Assembly: GCF_963921235.1 (NCBI RefSeq)
Contig: NC_086097.1
Span: forward strand, 249,676,001 to 249,740,000
DNA from: Mobula hypostoma
Lineage: Eukaryota
Length of the DNA stretch: 64,000 nucleotides
Direction of reading: 5' to 3'
In this document: positions 1-12,675 of the stretch, piece after piece
Numbering within the stretch: the stretch's first letter is position 1
Layout of the letters: every line of letters starts with the position of its first letter
Notes under the pieces: model-generated
Database searches by the model: none
The model's input: only the letters and a program-made list of their open reading frames with translations
What the model was told of the DNA's origin: nothing
Program-made: the position numbers and the translations under genes

Positions 1-322
1 ATAATAATAATAATAAAGCAATAAATACAAAGAACACGAGTTGTGGAGTCTTTGAAAGTAGTCCATGGGTTGTGGATCGGTTCAGTGTTGGGTGAGTGAA
101 GTTCTCCCTCCAGTTCAGGGAGGGAGGAGAGAACAAAGAACCTCGCCTCATTCTCGATCTTTATACTGAAAGCTAGCTCAAACTAGATAGACAAGAGAAA
201 TTGGACAGTCTCTTGCCCTCTCAGTCTGCCTCGTTATGATCTTTGTTAGGGCATATTCTGGAGTTAACGGATTTAGCAAATATTAACTTCACCAACCAAT
301 CGTCAGACTTGAACATGGATTG

Positions 323-1908
323 CACTGTAGGAAACATCCTCTCCACATCCACTCTATCCAGACTTTTCAATATTTGATAGGTTACAATGAGATTCCCACC
401 TCATTCTTCTAAACTCTTTCAAGTACAGGTCCAGATCGTCAAACGTGCCACATGCATGAACCCTTTCATTCTGGAATCATTCTCACGGACACCCTCAGGA
501 ACTACTCCAGTTTCAGCACATCTTTTTAAAGATGAGGGGCCCAGAATTGCTCACAATACTCCAAGTGAGGCCTCACCAGTGTCTTATAATGCCTCAGCAG
601 TTCAAGGTAGTGCATCGGGCCATATGTCAAAGGATAAACTAGCGCATATTTTTTCCAATATCAATCTTATTTGTGACAGATGTAATATTGAGGTGGCCAC
701 TTTAACTCACATGTATTGGTCTTGTATAAAGCTAGATAACTTTTGGAGAGATGTTTTTAAATCACTATCAAAAGTTTTGAATCTGGATCTACAACCTAAT
801 TTGCTTATGGCAATTTTTGGGATTATCCCATCGGAAGCAGGAAACATTCCTGTTTCCGCTCAACCTATGATAGCCTTTTCGACTTTACTGGCTAGGAGAG
901 CCATTTTATTGAAGTGGAAGGATTCTAATCCACGTATGGCTCTCCTCCATTATGTCCTGTTTAAGTTTAGAGAAAATAAGAAGCGGGATATTTGATACAT
1001 CCTTTAAATTTGAGCAAATCTGGTGACCTTTTATTTAATATTTTCATTTAATTTGATTTATTACTCTTCCAATTATTTTTTTCTTGAAGTTTTAGATTTG
1101 ACCAGAAAGTCTTTCTTTTTTTTTTGGTCGTATGCACAGAATGGACTGCCCAGTCCCTTTTTTTTTTTGTTTCTTTTTTTTGTATAGTGTAGTGGTTTTT
1201 TTTTCTTCGTTTAAAATTCAAAGTTTTTTCTTTCCTCTTTACGAACTGATAAGAGGAGAATTGCTGTTTTCTTTTTTATTATATATTATACACTAGCTTA
1301 ACACTATGTATGAATTTGATAAAGTCTATCTCAATCTTGGTTTGTATTGTTATTGATATATATATATTTGAGATAATTCTCCTCACTTGTATTTATGTTT
1401 CTTTTAAATCAATAAAAAGATTTATTACAAAAGTGGCTCAGCATTACACCCTTGCTTTTAAATTCTAGTCCTCTAGAAATGAATACTGGCATTGCATTTG
1501 CCGTCCTCACCACTCCCACATCCCACGTCCTTTTTCACATTTGATTTTTGTGTTTTCTCTCCATTTAGAAGACAGTCTACCCTTTTATTCCTTCTCCTAA
1601 AGTGCATGACCATACACTTCCTGACTCTGCATTCCATCTGCCACTTCTTTGCCCATTCTCCTAATTTGTTTAGATCCTTCTGTAGATCCCCTGTTTCCTC
1701 CACACTATCTGCCCTTCCACCTATCTTCATGTTGTCTGCAAACTTGGTCACAATGCCATCAATTTCGTCATCCAAATCACTCACATATAATGTAAGAAGA
1801 AACGGTCCCATCACTGACCCCTGTGGAACACCACAACCAACCAGAAAAGGCCCCCTTTATTCCCACTCGCTGCCTGCTGCCAGCCAGCCACTGCTCTATC
1901 CTTGCCAG
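323..1908 (-). mobile_element. CR1 LINE ORF2 3' fragment (RT C-terminal part), split by an L1 insertion
   Basis: ORF 1473..1814(-) reads LYVSDLDD..TKFADNMKIGG..LQKDLNKLGEWAKKWQM. The CR1 sequence resumes across the L1 insert via a CTCAGCA duplication. Confidence 0.85.
600..1436 (+). mobile_element. L1/Tx1-clade LINE, 5'-truncated: ORF2 C-terminal zinc knuckle plus T-rich 3' UTR
   Basis: CDRC..LTHMYWSC..FW (CCHC) in ORF 387..995; AATAAA at ~1411; 7-bp TSD CTCAGCA at 593-599 and 1437-1443. Confidence 0.8.
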
Positions 1909-1909
1909 T

Positions 1910-2421
1910 GTCACATCTACCAGCTGAAGTGGAACAGCTACCTTGCCTAACCCGGTCGCTCTGGAGCTGCTTCAAGCGGATGGGGTGAAGTATCCAACTG
2001 TGACCATCAAGGGACAGGACTAAATGTGGGTAACAGTACGTGCAATGTCTGTACTACTGGTAATGATACTTATGTGGCCGACAGGCCCATTACTGGCTGT
2101 CTTCTAAAATGGGATCTTTGGCTTGAACCGAATCCATGGAGGGATTGTTGTTATCTGGCCCATGTAGTACCTGCCTACCCTCTCTCTCTCTCTCTAATCC
2201 CACTGTGTGCAGCTGCTATCGAAGCACTATGGAGACTGAGTGTTTCTAGATTGTAACATTCCTGTTCTGGGAGCCCACCAGACTGGCTGGCAAAGGCATT
2301 AACATGGACGCAACACTGTTAGAGAGATCAGCTAATGATAGTGACAGCCTTAGCACTACATGGTACAGGGCAGGCTGTCAGAAAATTACTGCCTAAATAT
2401 TGGCAATCCACAAAGTAGTAG
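1910..2421 (+). pseudogene. env: Endogenous retrovirus env remnant: SU C-terminus and TM N-terminal heptad region
   Basis: WRDCCYLAHVVP resembles an SU end. A single frame with 2 stops then reads INMDATLLERSAND..QKITA*ILAIHKV, which joins the ISD segment at 3550 once the inserts are removed. Confidence 0.6.
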
Positions 2422-2445
2422 TAATAATAATAATAATAATAATAA
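2422..2445. repeat. (TAA)8 microsatellite; probable SINE tail and R4/Dong target
   Basis: Read directly from the sequence. Confidence 0.9.
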
Positions 2446-3340
2446 GCATTTGCAATTCTGATAAGTACACACCACTAAACTTAAAGAAGAGCACAACACA
2501 GAAAAATTAAGAAGTTATCACTATTGAAGAAAAAGATAACCAATGGAAGAGCGTGACTCTCCATGGAAAACGTTCCCATGATCTAAGCGGACTAGATGTT
2601 GACAAGGAAGCATCGAACACCTGGCTCAGAACTGGAGACTTCTTCCCAGAGACAGAAGGGTTCCATGTGGCAATATGGGGCCAGACCAATAAATTCAAGA
2701 TGATAAATGTCGAAAGTGCCAAGAAAAACCAGAAACAATCCAACACATTATAGGGTCCTGTGGCAGTTTAACTCAATCTGATTACTTATACAGGCACAAT
2801 CAAGGGGCAAACATCATTCATCAAAATCTTGCTTTAAAATACAAACTCATAAATGCAATCACACCTTTCTATAAACACAAGATTGATCAAGTTATATACC
2901 ACAAATTATATTATGACAGTTCAGTTATTACAGATAGGACAATCCGTAATAACTGTCTGGATACAATAATACAGGATAAACAAGCAAGAACAACTTACTT
3001 AAGTAGATGTAGCCATTCCAAACACTTAAAACTTACAGAAATCAATAAGTGAAAAACACCAGAAATATGCTGAATTAAAAGAGGAAATTGAAAGACTATG
3101 GAACATGAACAGGGTATACATTGTCCCGATAGTAATATCTACAACTGATGTCATCCCAAAGGCACTACACAATAGCATTAAACAATTAGGCTTACACAAT
3201 AATATCTATATAAACCTCCAGAAAGCCACAATACTAAACACCACTAGAATAGTCAGAAAGTTCCTAGCGATTGAGAAATGAGTGTGCTTGTCTATGCCCG
3301 TTCCTCAGGTTTTACCAGCCTGAGCTGAGAAAAAATAAAA
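2446..3340 (+). mobile_element. R4/Dong-clade non-LTR element, 3' fragment (CCHC knuckle and restriction-like endonuclease)
   Basis: Degenerate CRKC..ETIQH..GSC, RHNQ, TDRTIRNN.LD..IQDK, EKHQKYAELKEEIERLW, VPIVISTT, LQKATILNTTRIVRKFL*. A second copy lies at 37735-38680. Confidence 0.8.
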
Positions 3341-3344
3341 ATGC

Positions 3345-3549
3345 AACAATAACAACACATCCTTCCGTGCCTCACTGGCGCATCGGGCAGCAACTTTGCT
3401 ATTTATTTCGTGTTTGTCTGTTTTATGAAGCCGAGTTACTTGCTTGATGCTCAGCCCAGCACAGATGGAATGCGTGCAAGGAACTGGCCAGATTCGAACC
3501 CATGACCACTCACTCAATGTCCAGTGCAAATGCCACTACATCGCTGGGC
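3345..3549 (-). mobile_element. tRNA-derived SINE
   Basis: B box GGTTCGAATC (3491-3500 on -), A-box-like ATGTAGTGG near 3540, and a (TTG/TTA)n tail. Confidence 0.65.
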
Positions 3550-3660
3550 AGCCCTTCGACTAGCACTGGATTTTCTGTTGTCTGAGAGAGGTGATACTTG
3601 TGCCATTATCATCCAGGAGTGTTGTACGTGCATCCCTGATACGAGCAGCCAACTGTCCTT
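3550..3660 (+). pseudogene. env: ERV env TM: immunosuppressive domain and CX6CC motif
   Basis: ALRLALDFLLSERGDTCAIIIQECCTCIPD matches the gamma-type TM signature (LQN)RLALDxLLAxxGGxCxxxxxxCCxYIPD. Confidence 0.8.
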
Positions 3661-4149
3661 GATGGAACTGTCACAGACTTTCAGAGACTCTGCACCATTG
3701 AAATTCAGTCAGATCGATGTTGTCCTCTACAGAACAAAGAAAAGGGAGTGTGGGAGTTGCGGTAAGACAAGGGTTAAAGACAACATCCGGGCAAAGGGCA
3801 GTTGTAGTCAAGTGAGACCATTGACATCACCTTCACTGATGTTGTGATGTGTTCTCGTCATCCACCAGCTCCACCGTTGAAGTCTTGATTGGATCACTCC
3901 TTGTCTGGAACCTCACCTTTGATCTTACGACCAAGGCTGACTCTACCCGGAGTTGAGCAGCAGACGTCATCAGTCCTGGGATCTCAGGAACTCACAAGCC
4001 TCTCCACAAGGTGGCAATCCTTGGAGAATTATCCCTTCTGTACCACACATGGACACACAGGAACATTGGATATGCTGTACAATAAAAATAACATGGACAA
4101 CAGCAACTGCAAGTTCATTGAAAAGGTTTCTGAAATTCTCAAGGTAGTA

Positions 4150-4930
4150 ATCCTGGGCTGAGAAGCGGCAGATAGAGTTCATCTGGGAGAAGTGTGCGAT
4201 GATTCACATTGGAAGGTCAAATTTACAGGCAGAATACAGGATTAACGATAGCGCTCTTAGCAATGTGGAAGAACAGAGGGATCTTGGAGTCCACGTGCAT
4301 AGATCCCTCAAAGCTGCCAATCAAGTTGATACAGTTGATATGAAGCAGTATGGTGTGTTGGCCATCGTTAGTAGGAGATCGAGTTCAAAAGCCACAAGGA
4401 AATGTTACAGCTCTATAAAACCCTAGTGAGACCACACACAAGCTATTGTGTACATTACCGGTTCTCTTCATCTCACATTATAGCAACAATGTGGAAGCTT
4501 TCAAAATGATGCAGAGAAGATTTACCAGGATGCTACCTGGATTAGAGAGCATGCATTATGAGGATAGGTCTTTGGAGCGAAGAAGGATGGGAGGTGACTT
4601 AATGGAGGTGTACAAGATGATGAAGCATAGATCCAGTGAGGGCCCCAGGGCAGAAGTGGCTAACGCAGTACGTGGGGGCATAATTTTAAGGTAATTGGAG
4701 GAAAGTACAGGAGAGATGTCAGAGGAAGGTGTGTGTTTTTACAGAGTGTGTGGATCGTGCTGCCCGCAGTGGTGGTAGAGGAATTTAAGAAACTGTGGCA
4801 CATGGATGATAGTGAAATGGAAAGCTAGGTAGGAGGGAAGGGTTAGATTGGTCTTGGAGTAGGTTAATGGGTCAGCACAACGTTGTGGGCTGAAGGGCCT
4901 GTACTGTACTGTAATGTTCTATGACTTATG
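4150..4930 (+). mobile_element. Old CR1 3' fragment
   Basis: EEQRDLGVHVHRSLK and QRRFTRMLPGLE; CR1 3' UTR ending GGGCTGAAGGGCCTGTAC..TTCTATG. Confidence 0.8.
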
Positions 4931-5357
4931 ATGAAATATTTAAACTAGGTGCAATATAATATTTTACCCTGATTTGGACAATTGCTTGTGTTTTACTGTT
5001 CTATGTTCTATAGTTGTGTCACAATTAAGAGATGAACAGGTTTGGTTGCCATATTGCACCTTTTTTCACCTCTCTTTCTGAAGGAAATGAGCATCATTGC
5101 CAGTTGGTGACTTTAGCCGTTCATCTTTGGAGATAGTGACAAACGCTCTGTCTGAACATCACAACTGTGCCCAACCGTTTCTTCAGACGATATCAGCAAA
5201 GAGATTTTCCAGCAGGAAACACCAGCCAGTGACCTGGAGTGGGAGCTGAGAATGACTCATTTCCTACCTTCTAAAATCAGGAGACAGCTGATATCTAAAC
5301 AAACCAGAAACAGGCAGCTCTGCGTCAACCAGACAAAGTGCAAGGAAATGCGAGGAT

Positions 5358-5490
5358 GTCCTGACGAACGGTCTTGGCCCCAAATGTCAAAATGTTTACT
5401 CTTTTCCATAGATGCTGCCTGACCAGCTGAGTTCCTCCAGCATTTTGTGTGCGTTCTCTGGGAATGCAAACATCCTTCTGAACTACAGGA
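5358..5490 (+). mobile_element. Short PLE pseudo-LTR-derived repeat starting at a degenerate hammerhead motif
   Basis: GTC-CTGACGA..GGCCC..AAATGTC followed by the GATGCTGCCTGACC..TTCCTCCAGCATTTTGTGTG block shared with the PLE termini. Confidence 0.7.
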
Positions 5491-5749
5491 GCCAGTCTCA
5501 CGTTGGGCAGCGCAGTTCATGTTTTAGTCAGTCCACTGGCTTTTGAATATTTGAACGTGGCAGATTTTGGCATTGGTTTATTATTGTCACCAGTACCAAG
5601 ATACGGTGATAAGTTTGCCTTGCTTACTGTGCAAACAGATCAATTCATCACACAGTGCACTGAGGTAGAACAAAGTAAAACAATAACAATGCAGAATAAA
5701 GTGTAAAGGTTACCAAAAAATATCAGTGCAGGTAAACAAGGAAATGTAA

Positions 5750-6730
5750 ATTCAAAAGTTCAAAGTAAATTTATTATCAAAGTACATATATGTCACCACA
5801 TATGACACTGAGATTCATTTTCTTGTTATTCACAAAGAAACAATAAAATCAATAAAAAATTACACACTAGAAGGACAAACAACCAATGTGCAAAAGATAA
5901 CAAACTGCAAATACAAAAAGAAAACAAAGAAACAAATTAATAATAATAAATAAATAAGCAATAAATATCGAGAACATGAGATGAGGAGTCCTTAAAAGTG
6001 AGTCTATAGTTTGTCGGAACAGTTCAGTGTTGGGGTGAGTGAAGTTATCCCCTCCGGTTCAAGAGCCTGATGGTTGAGGGATAGTAACCTGGTAGTGGGG
6101 GTCCTGAGGCTCCTGTACCTCCTTCCTGATGGCAGCAGAGAGAAGAGAGCATGTTCTGGGTGGTGGGGGTCCCTGATGATGGATGCTACGTTCCTGCGAC
6201 AGCGCTCTGTGTAGATGTGCTCAATGGTGGGGAGGACTTTACTCGTGATAGACTGGGCTGTATCCACTACTTTGAATTTTGAATTTTGAACTACTTTTTG
6301 AGTGATTTTCCATTCAAGAGCAATGGTGTTTCCATACCAGGCCATGATGCAACCAGTCAACGTACTCTCCACCACACATCTACAGAAGTTTGACAAAGTT
6401 TTAGATGCTCAATTTTCACAAACTTCTACGAAAGTAGAGGCAATGCCATGCTTTTTTGTGAAGGCACTTCTGTGCTGAATGCAAGACAGATCCTCTGAAA
6501 TTATAACATCGAGGGATTTAAAGTTGCTGACCCTCTCCAACTCTAATCTCCCGATGAGGACTGGCTCATGGACCTCCGTTTTCCTCCTCCTGAAGTCAAT
6601 AATCAGCTCCTTGGTCTTGCTACAGTGAGTGTGAGGTTGTTTGTGTGGCACCACTCAGCCAGATTTTCAATCTCCGTCCTGTATGCTGATTCTTAGCAGG
6701 GGGCTAAGCACACAGACTTGTGGGGAAAAG
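5750..6730 (-). mobile_element. Rex1/Babar-type LINE 3' fragment
   Basis: KTKELIIDFRR, FKSLDVIISEDLS, VESTLTGCIMAWYGN, HALFSLLPSGRRYRS. Confidence 0.8.
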
Positions 6731-6744
6731 CTGTGTGCTGAGGA

Positions 6745-9700
6745 GAGATTGTACTTGATTTGTTATTGGAAAATGAACCTGGTCAGGTGTCAGATCTTTC
6801 AGTGGGAGAGCATTTAGGAGATAGTGATCATAATTCTATCTCCTTTACAATAGCATTGGAGGGAGATAGGAACAGACAAGTTAGACAATAGACAATAGAC
6901 AATAGGTGCAGGAGTAGGCCATTCGGCCCTTTGAGCCAGCACCACAATTCACTGTGATCATGGCTGATCATCCACAATCAGTATCCAGTTCCTGCCTTAT
7001 CCCCATAACCTTTGATTCCGTTGTCTTTAAGAGCTCTATCCATCCCTTTTTTGAAAGCATCCAGAGACTTGGTCTCCACAGCCTTCTGGGGCGAAGCGTT
7101 CCATATATCCACCACTCTCTGGGTGAAAAAGTTTTTCCTCAACTCTGTTCTAAATGGCCTACCCCTTATTCTTAAACTGTGGCCTCTGGTTCTGGACTCA
7201 CTCATAAACCGGAACATGCTTCCTACCTGCAGCGTGTCCATTCCCTTAATAATCTTATATGTTTCAATAAGATCCCCTCTCAGCCTTCTAAATTCCAGAG
7301 TATACAAGCCCAGTCGCTCCAATCTTTCGACATATGACAGTCCCGCCATCCCGGGAATTAACCTTGTGAACCTACGCTGCACTCCCTCAATAGCAAGAAT
7401 GTCCTTCCTCAAATTTGGAGACCAAAACTGCACACAGTACTCCAGGTGTGGTCTCACCAGGGCCCTGTACAGCTGCAGAAGGACCTCTTCGCTCTTATAC
7501 TCAATTCCCCTTGTTATGAAGGCCAGCATGCCATTAGCTTTCTTCACTGCCTGCTGTACTTGCATGTTTGCTTTCAGTGACTGATGTACAAGAACACCTA
7601 GATCTCGTTGTGCTTCCCCTTTTCCTAACTTGACTCTATTTAGATAATAATCTGCCTTCCCGTTCTTACCACCAAAGTGGATAACCTCACATTTATCCAC
7701 ATTAAACTGCATCTGCCATGCATCTGCCCACTCACCCAGCCTGTCCAAGTCACCCTGCATTCTCATAACATCCTCCTCACATTTCACACTGCCACCCATC
7801 TTTGTGTCATCGGCAAATTTGCTAATGTTACTTTTAATTCCCTCATCTAAATCATTAATATATATTGTAAACAGCTGCGGTCCCAGCACTGAACCCTGCG
7901 GTACCCCACTGGTCACCGCCTGCCATTCCGAAAGGGACCCGCCAATCGCTACTCTTTGTTTTCTGTCAGCCAGCCAATTTTGAATCCACGTCAATACTCT
8001 GCCCCCAATACCATGTGCCCTAATTTTGCCCGCTAATCTCCTATGTGGGACTTTATCAAAGACTTTCTGAAAGTCCAGGTACACTACATCCACTGGTTCT
8101 CCCTTGTCCATTTTTATAGTTACATCCTCAAAAAATTCCAGAAGATTAGTCAAGCATGATTTCCCCTTCATAAATCCATGCTGACTCGGACCAAGCCTGT
8201 TACTACTATCCAGATGTGTCGTAATTTCATCTTTTATAATTGACTCCAGCATCTTTCCCACCACCGACGTCAGGCTAACCGGTCTATAATTCCCTGTTTT
8301 CTCTCTTCCTCCCTTCTTGAAGAGAGGGACAACATTAGCCACCCTTCAATCCACAGGAAATGATCCTGAATCTATAGAACATTGCAAAATGATTACCAAC
8401 GCATCCACGATTTCTAAAGCCACCTCCTTAAGTACCCTGGGATGCAGACCATCAGGTCCGGGGGACTTACCAACCTTCAGACCCAACAGCGTATCCAACA
8501 CCATTTGCTGCCTAATATAAATTTCCTTCAATTCATCCATTACCCTAGGTCCTTTGGCCACTATTACATCTGGGAGATTGTTTGTGTCTTCCCTAGTGAA
8601 GACAGATCCAAAGTACCTGTTCAACTTGTCTGCCATTTCCTTGTTCCCCATAATAAATTTACCCGCTTCTATCTTCAAAGACCAATTTTGGTCTTAACTA
8701 TTTTTTTCCTTTTCACATACCTAAAGAAGCTTTTATTATCCTCCTTTATATTCTTGGCTAGTTTACCTTCATAACTCATTTTTTCTCCGCGCCTTGCCTT
8801 TTTAGTTACCTTCTGTTGTTCTTTAAAAGTTTCCCAATCCACCGGCTTCCCACTCGTCTTTGCTATGTTATATTTCTTTTCTTTTATTTTTATACTGTCG
8901 ATTACTTCCCTTGTCAGCCACGGCCTCCCCTTACTCCCCTTAGGATCTTTCTTCCTCCTTGGAACGAACTGATCCTGCACCTTCTGCATTATTCCCAGAA
9001 ACATTTGCCATTGTTGTTCCACTGTCGTCCCTGCTAGGGTATTGTTCCATTGAACTTTGGCCAGCTCCTCCCTCATAGCACCATAGTTCCCTTTGTTCAA
9101 CTGTAATACTGACACTTCTGAGTTTCCCTTCTCCCTCTCAAATTGTAGATTAAAACTTATATGATGGTCACTACCTCCTAATGGCTCCTTTACCTCGAGG
9201 TCCCTGATCAAATCCAGTTCATTGCACAACACTAAATCTAGAATTGCGTTCTCTCTGGTAGGCTCCAGTACAAGCTGTTCTAAGAATCCATCTCGGAGGG
9301 ACTCCACAAACTCCCTTTCTTGGGGTCCAGTACCAACCTGATTCCTCCAGTCTACCTGCATGTTGAAATCCCCCATAACAACTGTAGCATTACCTTTGCG
9401 ACATGCCAATTTTAACTCTTGATTCAACTTACACCCTACATGCAGACGACTGTTTGGGGGCCTGTAGATAACTCCCATTAGGGTCTTTCTACCCTTAGAA
9501 TTTCTCGGTTCTATCCATACTGACTCTACATCTCCTGATTCTATGTCCCCCCTCGCAAGGGACTGAATATCATTCCTCACCAACAGAGCCACCCCACTCC
9601 CTCTGCCCATCAGTCTGTCCTTTTGATAGGACGTATACCCTTGAATATTCATTCCCCAGGCCCTGTCCACTTGAAGCCATGTCTCTGTTATTCCCACAAC

Positions 9701-11587
9701 ATCATACTTATCAATTTCCAACTGAGCCTCAAGCCCATCCACTCTATTTCTTATACTCCGTGCATTCATATACAATACTTTTAATTCATTACTCCCCTGA
9801 CCTCCCATATCAGTTCCTATTTCACTTGGCCATAGTTAGAAAAGCTTTTAATTGGAGCAAGGGGAATTACGAGTCTATCAGGCAGGAAATTGGAGGCTTT
9901 AATTGGAAACAGATGTTCTCAGGGAAAAGTACAGAAGAAACATGGCAAATATTCAGGGGATATTTGTGTGGAGTTCTGCATAGGTACATTCCAATGAGAC
10001 AGGGAAGTTATGGTAGGGTACAGGAACTGTGGTGTACCAAGGTGTGGTGTATGAATCTAGTCAAGATGAAAAGAAAAGATTTCAAAAGGTTCAGAGAATA
10101 AGTAATGTTTGAGATCTAGAAGATTATAAGGCTAACAGGAAGGAGTTTAAGAAGGAAATTAGGAGAGCCAGAAGGAGCCATGAGAAGGCTTTGGTGGGCA
10201 GGATTAAGGAAAACCCCAAGGCATTCTACAATTATGTGAAGAGCAAGAGGATAAGACATGAAAGAATAGGACCTATCAAGTGTGACAGTGGAAAAGTATG
10301 CATGAAAACCGAGGTACCTAATGAATACTTTTCTTCAGTATTTACTATGGAAAAGGATTTTGGTGATTGTAGAGATGACTTGCAGCAGACTGAAAAGCTT
10401 GAGCATGTAGATATTAAAAAAGAGGATGTGCTGGAGCTTTTGGAAAGCATCAAGGACCGAATGAGATGTAACCCAGGCTACTGTGGGAGTCAAGGAAGGA
10501 GATTGCTGAGCCTCTGGTGAGGTTCCGGAGGTTTGGAGGGTTGCGGATGTTGTTCCTTTATTCAAGAAAGGGAGTAGAGATGGTGGAGTGCCTCAGGGAT
10601 CTGTTCTGGAACCTTTACTCTTTGTGATTTTTATAAATGACCTGGATGAGGAAGTGGAGGGGTGGGTTAGTAATTTTGCTGATGACACAAAGGTTGGAGG
10701 TGTTGTGGGTAATGTGGAGGGCTGAAATTACAGTGGGAAATTGAGAGATGCAAAACTGGACTGAGAAGTGGCAGATGGAGTTCAACCCAGATAAGTGCGA
10801 AGTGGTTCATTTTGGTAGCTCAAATATGATAGCAGAATATAGTATTAATGGTAAGACTTTTGGCAGTGTGGAGGATCAGAGGGATCTTGGGGTCTGAGTC
10901 CATAGGACACTCAAAGCTGCTGCACATATTGACCCTGTGGCTAAGAAGGCGTACGGTGTATTGGCCTTCATCAATCGTGGAATTGAATTTAGGAGCTGAG
11001 AGGTAATGTTGCAGCTATATAGGACCCTGGTCAGACCCCACTTGGAATACTGTGCTCAGTTCTGGTCGCCTCACTACAGGAAGGAAGTGGAAGCCATAGA
11101 AAGGGTGCAGAGGAGATTTACAAGGATGTTGCCTGGATTGGGGAGCATGCCTTATGAGAATAGGTTGAGTGAACTCGGCCTTTTCTTCTTGGAGCGACGG
11201 AGGATGAGAGGTGACCTGACAGAGGTGTATAAGATGATGAGACACATTGATCGTGTGGATAGTCAGAGGCTTTTTCCCAGGGCTGAAATGGTTGCCACAA
11301 GAGGACACAGGTTTAAGGTGCTGGGGAGTAGGTACAGAGGAGATGTCAGGGGTAAGTTTTTAACTCATAGAGAGTAGTGAGTGCGTGGAATGGGCTACCG
11401 GCAGCAGTGGTGGAGGCGGATATGATAGGGTCTTTTAAGAGACTTTTGGATAGGTACATGGAGCTTAGAAAAATTGAGGGCTATGGGTAAGCCTAGTAAT
11501 TTCTAAGGTAGGGACATGTTCGGCACAATCCTGTGGGCCGAGGGGCCTGTATCGTGCTGTAGGGTTTCTATGTTTCTATGTTTCTAT
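6745..11587 (+). mobile_element. CR1 LINE (outer element, internally deleted ORF2) interrupted by the 6886-9833 CR1
   Basis: EN end (LGDSDHNSI) at ~6810; [38 protein letters not shown]; (TTTCTATG)n tail at ~11565-11587. Confidence 0.85.
6886..9833 (-). mobile_element. Young CR1 LINE with near-complete ORF2 (APE endonuclease and RT); ORF1 lost by 5' truncation
   Basis: ORFs 8675..9808, 8346..8678 and 6978..8342 join through one frameshift (~8677) and one in-frame TGA (8346-8348). EN motifs YMNARS, ITETW, GDFN, SDH; RT motifs [24 protein letters not shown]. (TCTATTG)n tail; TSD AGTTAGA at 6879-6885 and 9834-9840. Confidence 0.95.
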
Positions 11588-12675
11588 GAATTTTCACGCC
11601 TCATCTAATTACTCCAGATAAACAGGCCCAAAACACGTTAGTACAACAGATGTGTGCTGAAGTCATATAAAAACACTGAAAACGTATCACACTGTCCATG
11701 TAAAGGCACATCAACAACATTATACACAATATAAAACAAATGAAAACAATTACCGTGTGCGGCTCTTGGACCACATGCAGAATACGGTTATTTTGGCCAC
11801 ATCTTTCTCTGCATTCATATTGGTTCTGACCCATAATGCCACAGTAATGCTTTCTGGTCATGTGACCCATTACACTCTACATTAAATAAAACCTTACATA
11901 AAGAGCACAAAATTCTTAATCAAACAATATTTTAAGGTGATATGTTTTAAACAAATTTTTTATCGATGTTACCTTTTTAACATCTTATTTATTACATTTT
12001 AAATCTTTTTTTACGGCTATATGAACTCAAATAATCATGAATTTATGACAGAAACATATAAAATAAACATCTCAATGAAACATGTCTCTGAGACAGTTAC
12101 ACTCCCACCAAATTACTATGATTTATAATAACCTTTATACACTTCTTTGCCCATTCTCCTGATCTGTCTAAGTCCTTCTGCAGTCTCCCTGTTTCCTCAA
12201 CACTTTCTGCCCCTCCACCTACCTTCATACCATCCACAAACTTGGTCACAAAACCATCAATTCCATCGTTCAAATAATTTGCGTATAACGTGAAAAGAAG
12301 CAGTCCCAACACCAAATCCTGCGAACACCTCCATTCTCCGGCAGCCACCAGAAAAGGTTTTCTGTATTCTCACTCTTTACCCCCTGCCAATCAGCCACAG
12401 CTCAATCCACGCTAGAATCTATCGCAGGCTCTTAACTTGTTAAGCAGCCTTATGTGTGCCACCTTGTCAAAGGCCTTCTGAAAATCCAAGTATTCAACAT
12501 CAACCAATTCTCCTTTGTCATTCCTGCCTGTTATTTCCTCAAAGAATTCCAACAGATTTGTCCGGCAAGATTTCCCCTGAAGGAAACCATGCTGACTACG
12601 GCCTATTTCATCATGTGCCTCCAAGGACTCTGAAATTTCATCCTCAACAATCAAATTCAACATCTTCCCAACTGA

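Noticed and set aside
7012..7584. Antisense ORFs over LINEs (also 1492..1950, 35739..36146, 48894..49475, 50756..51370)
   Set aside because: They are shadow frames of TE coding or low-complexity sequence with no independent motifs.
6978..8342. 454-aa ORF as a host or domesticated gene
   Set aside because: It is the RT half of a CR1 ORF2, with an upstream stop and frameshift, a TSD and a microsatellite tail.
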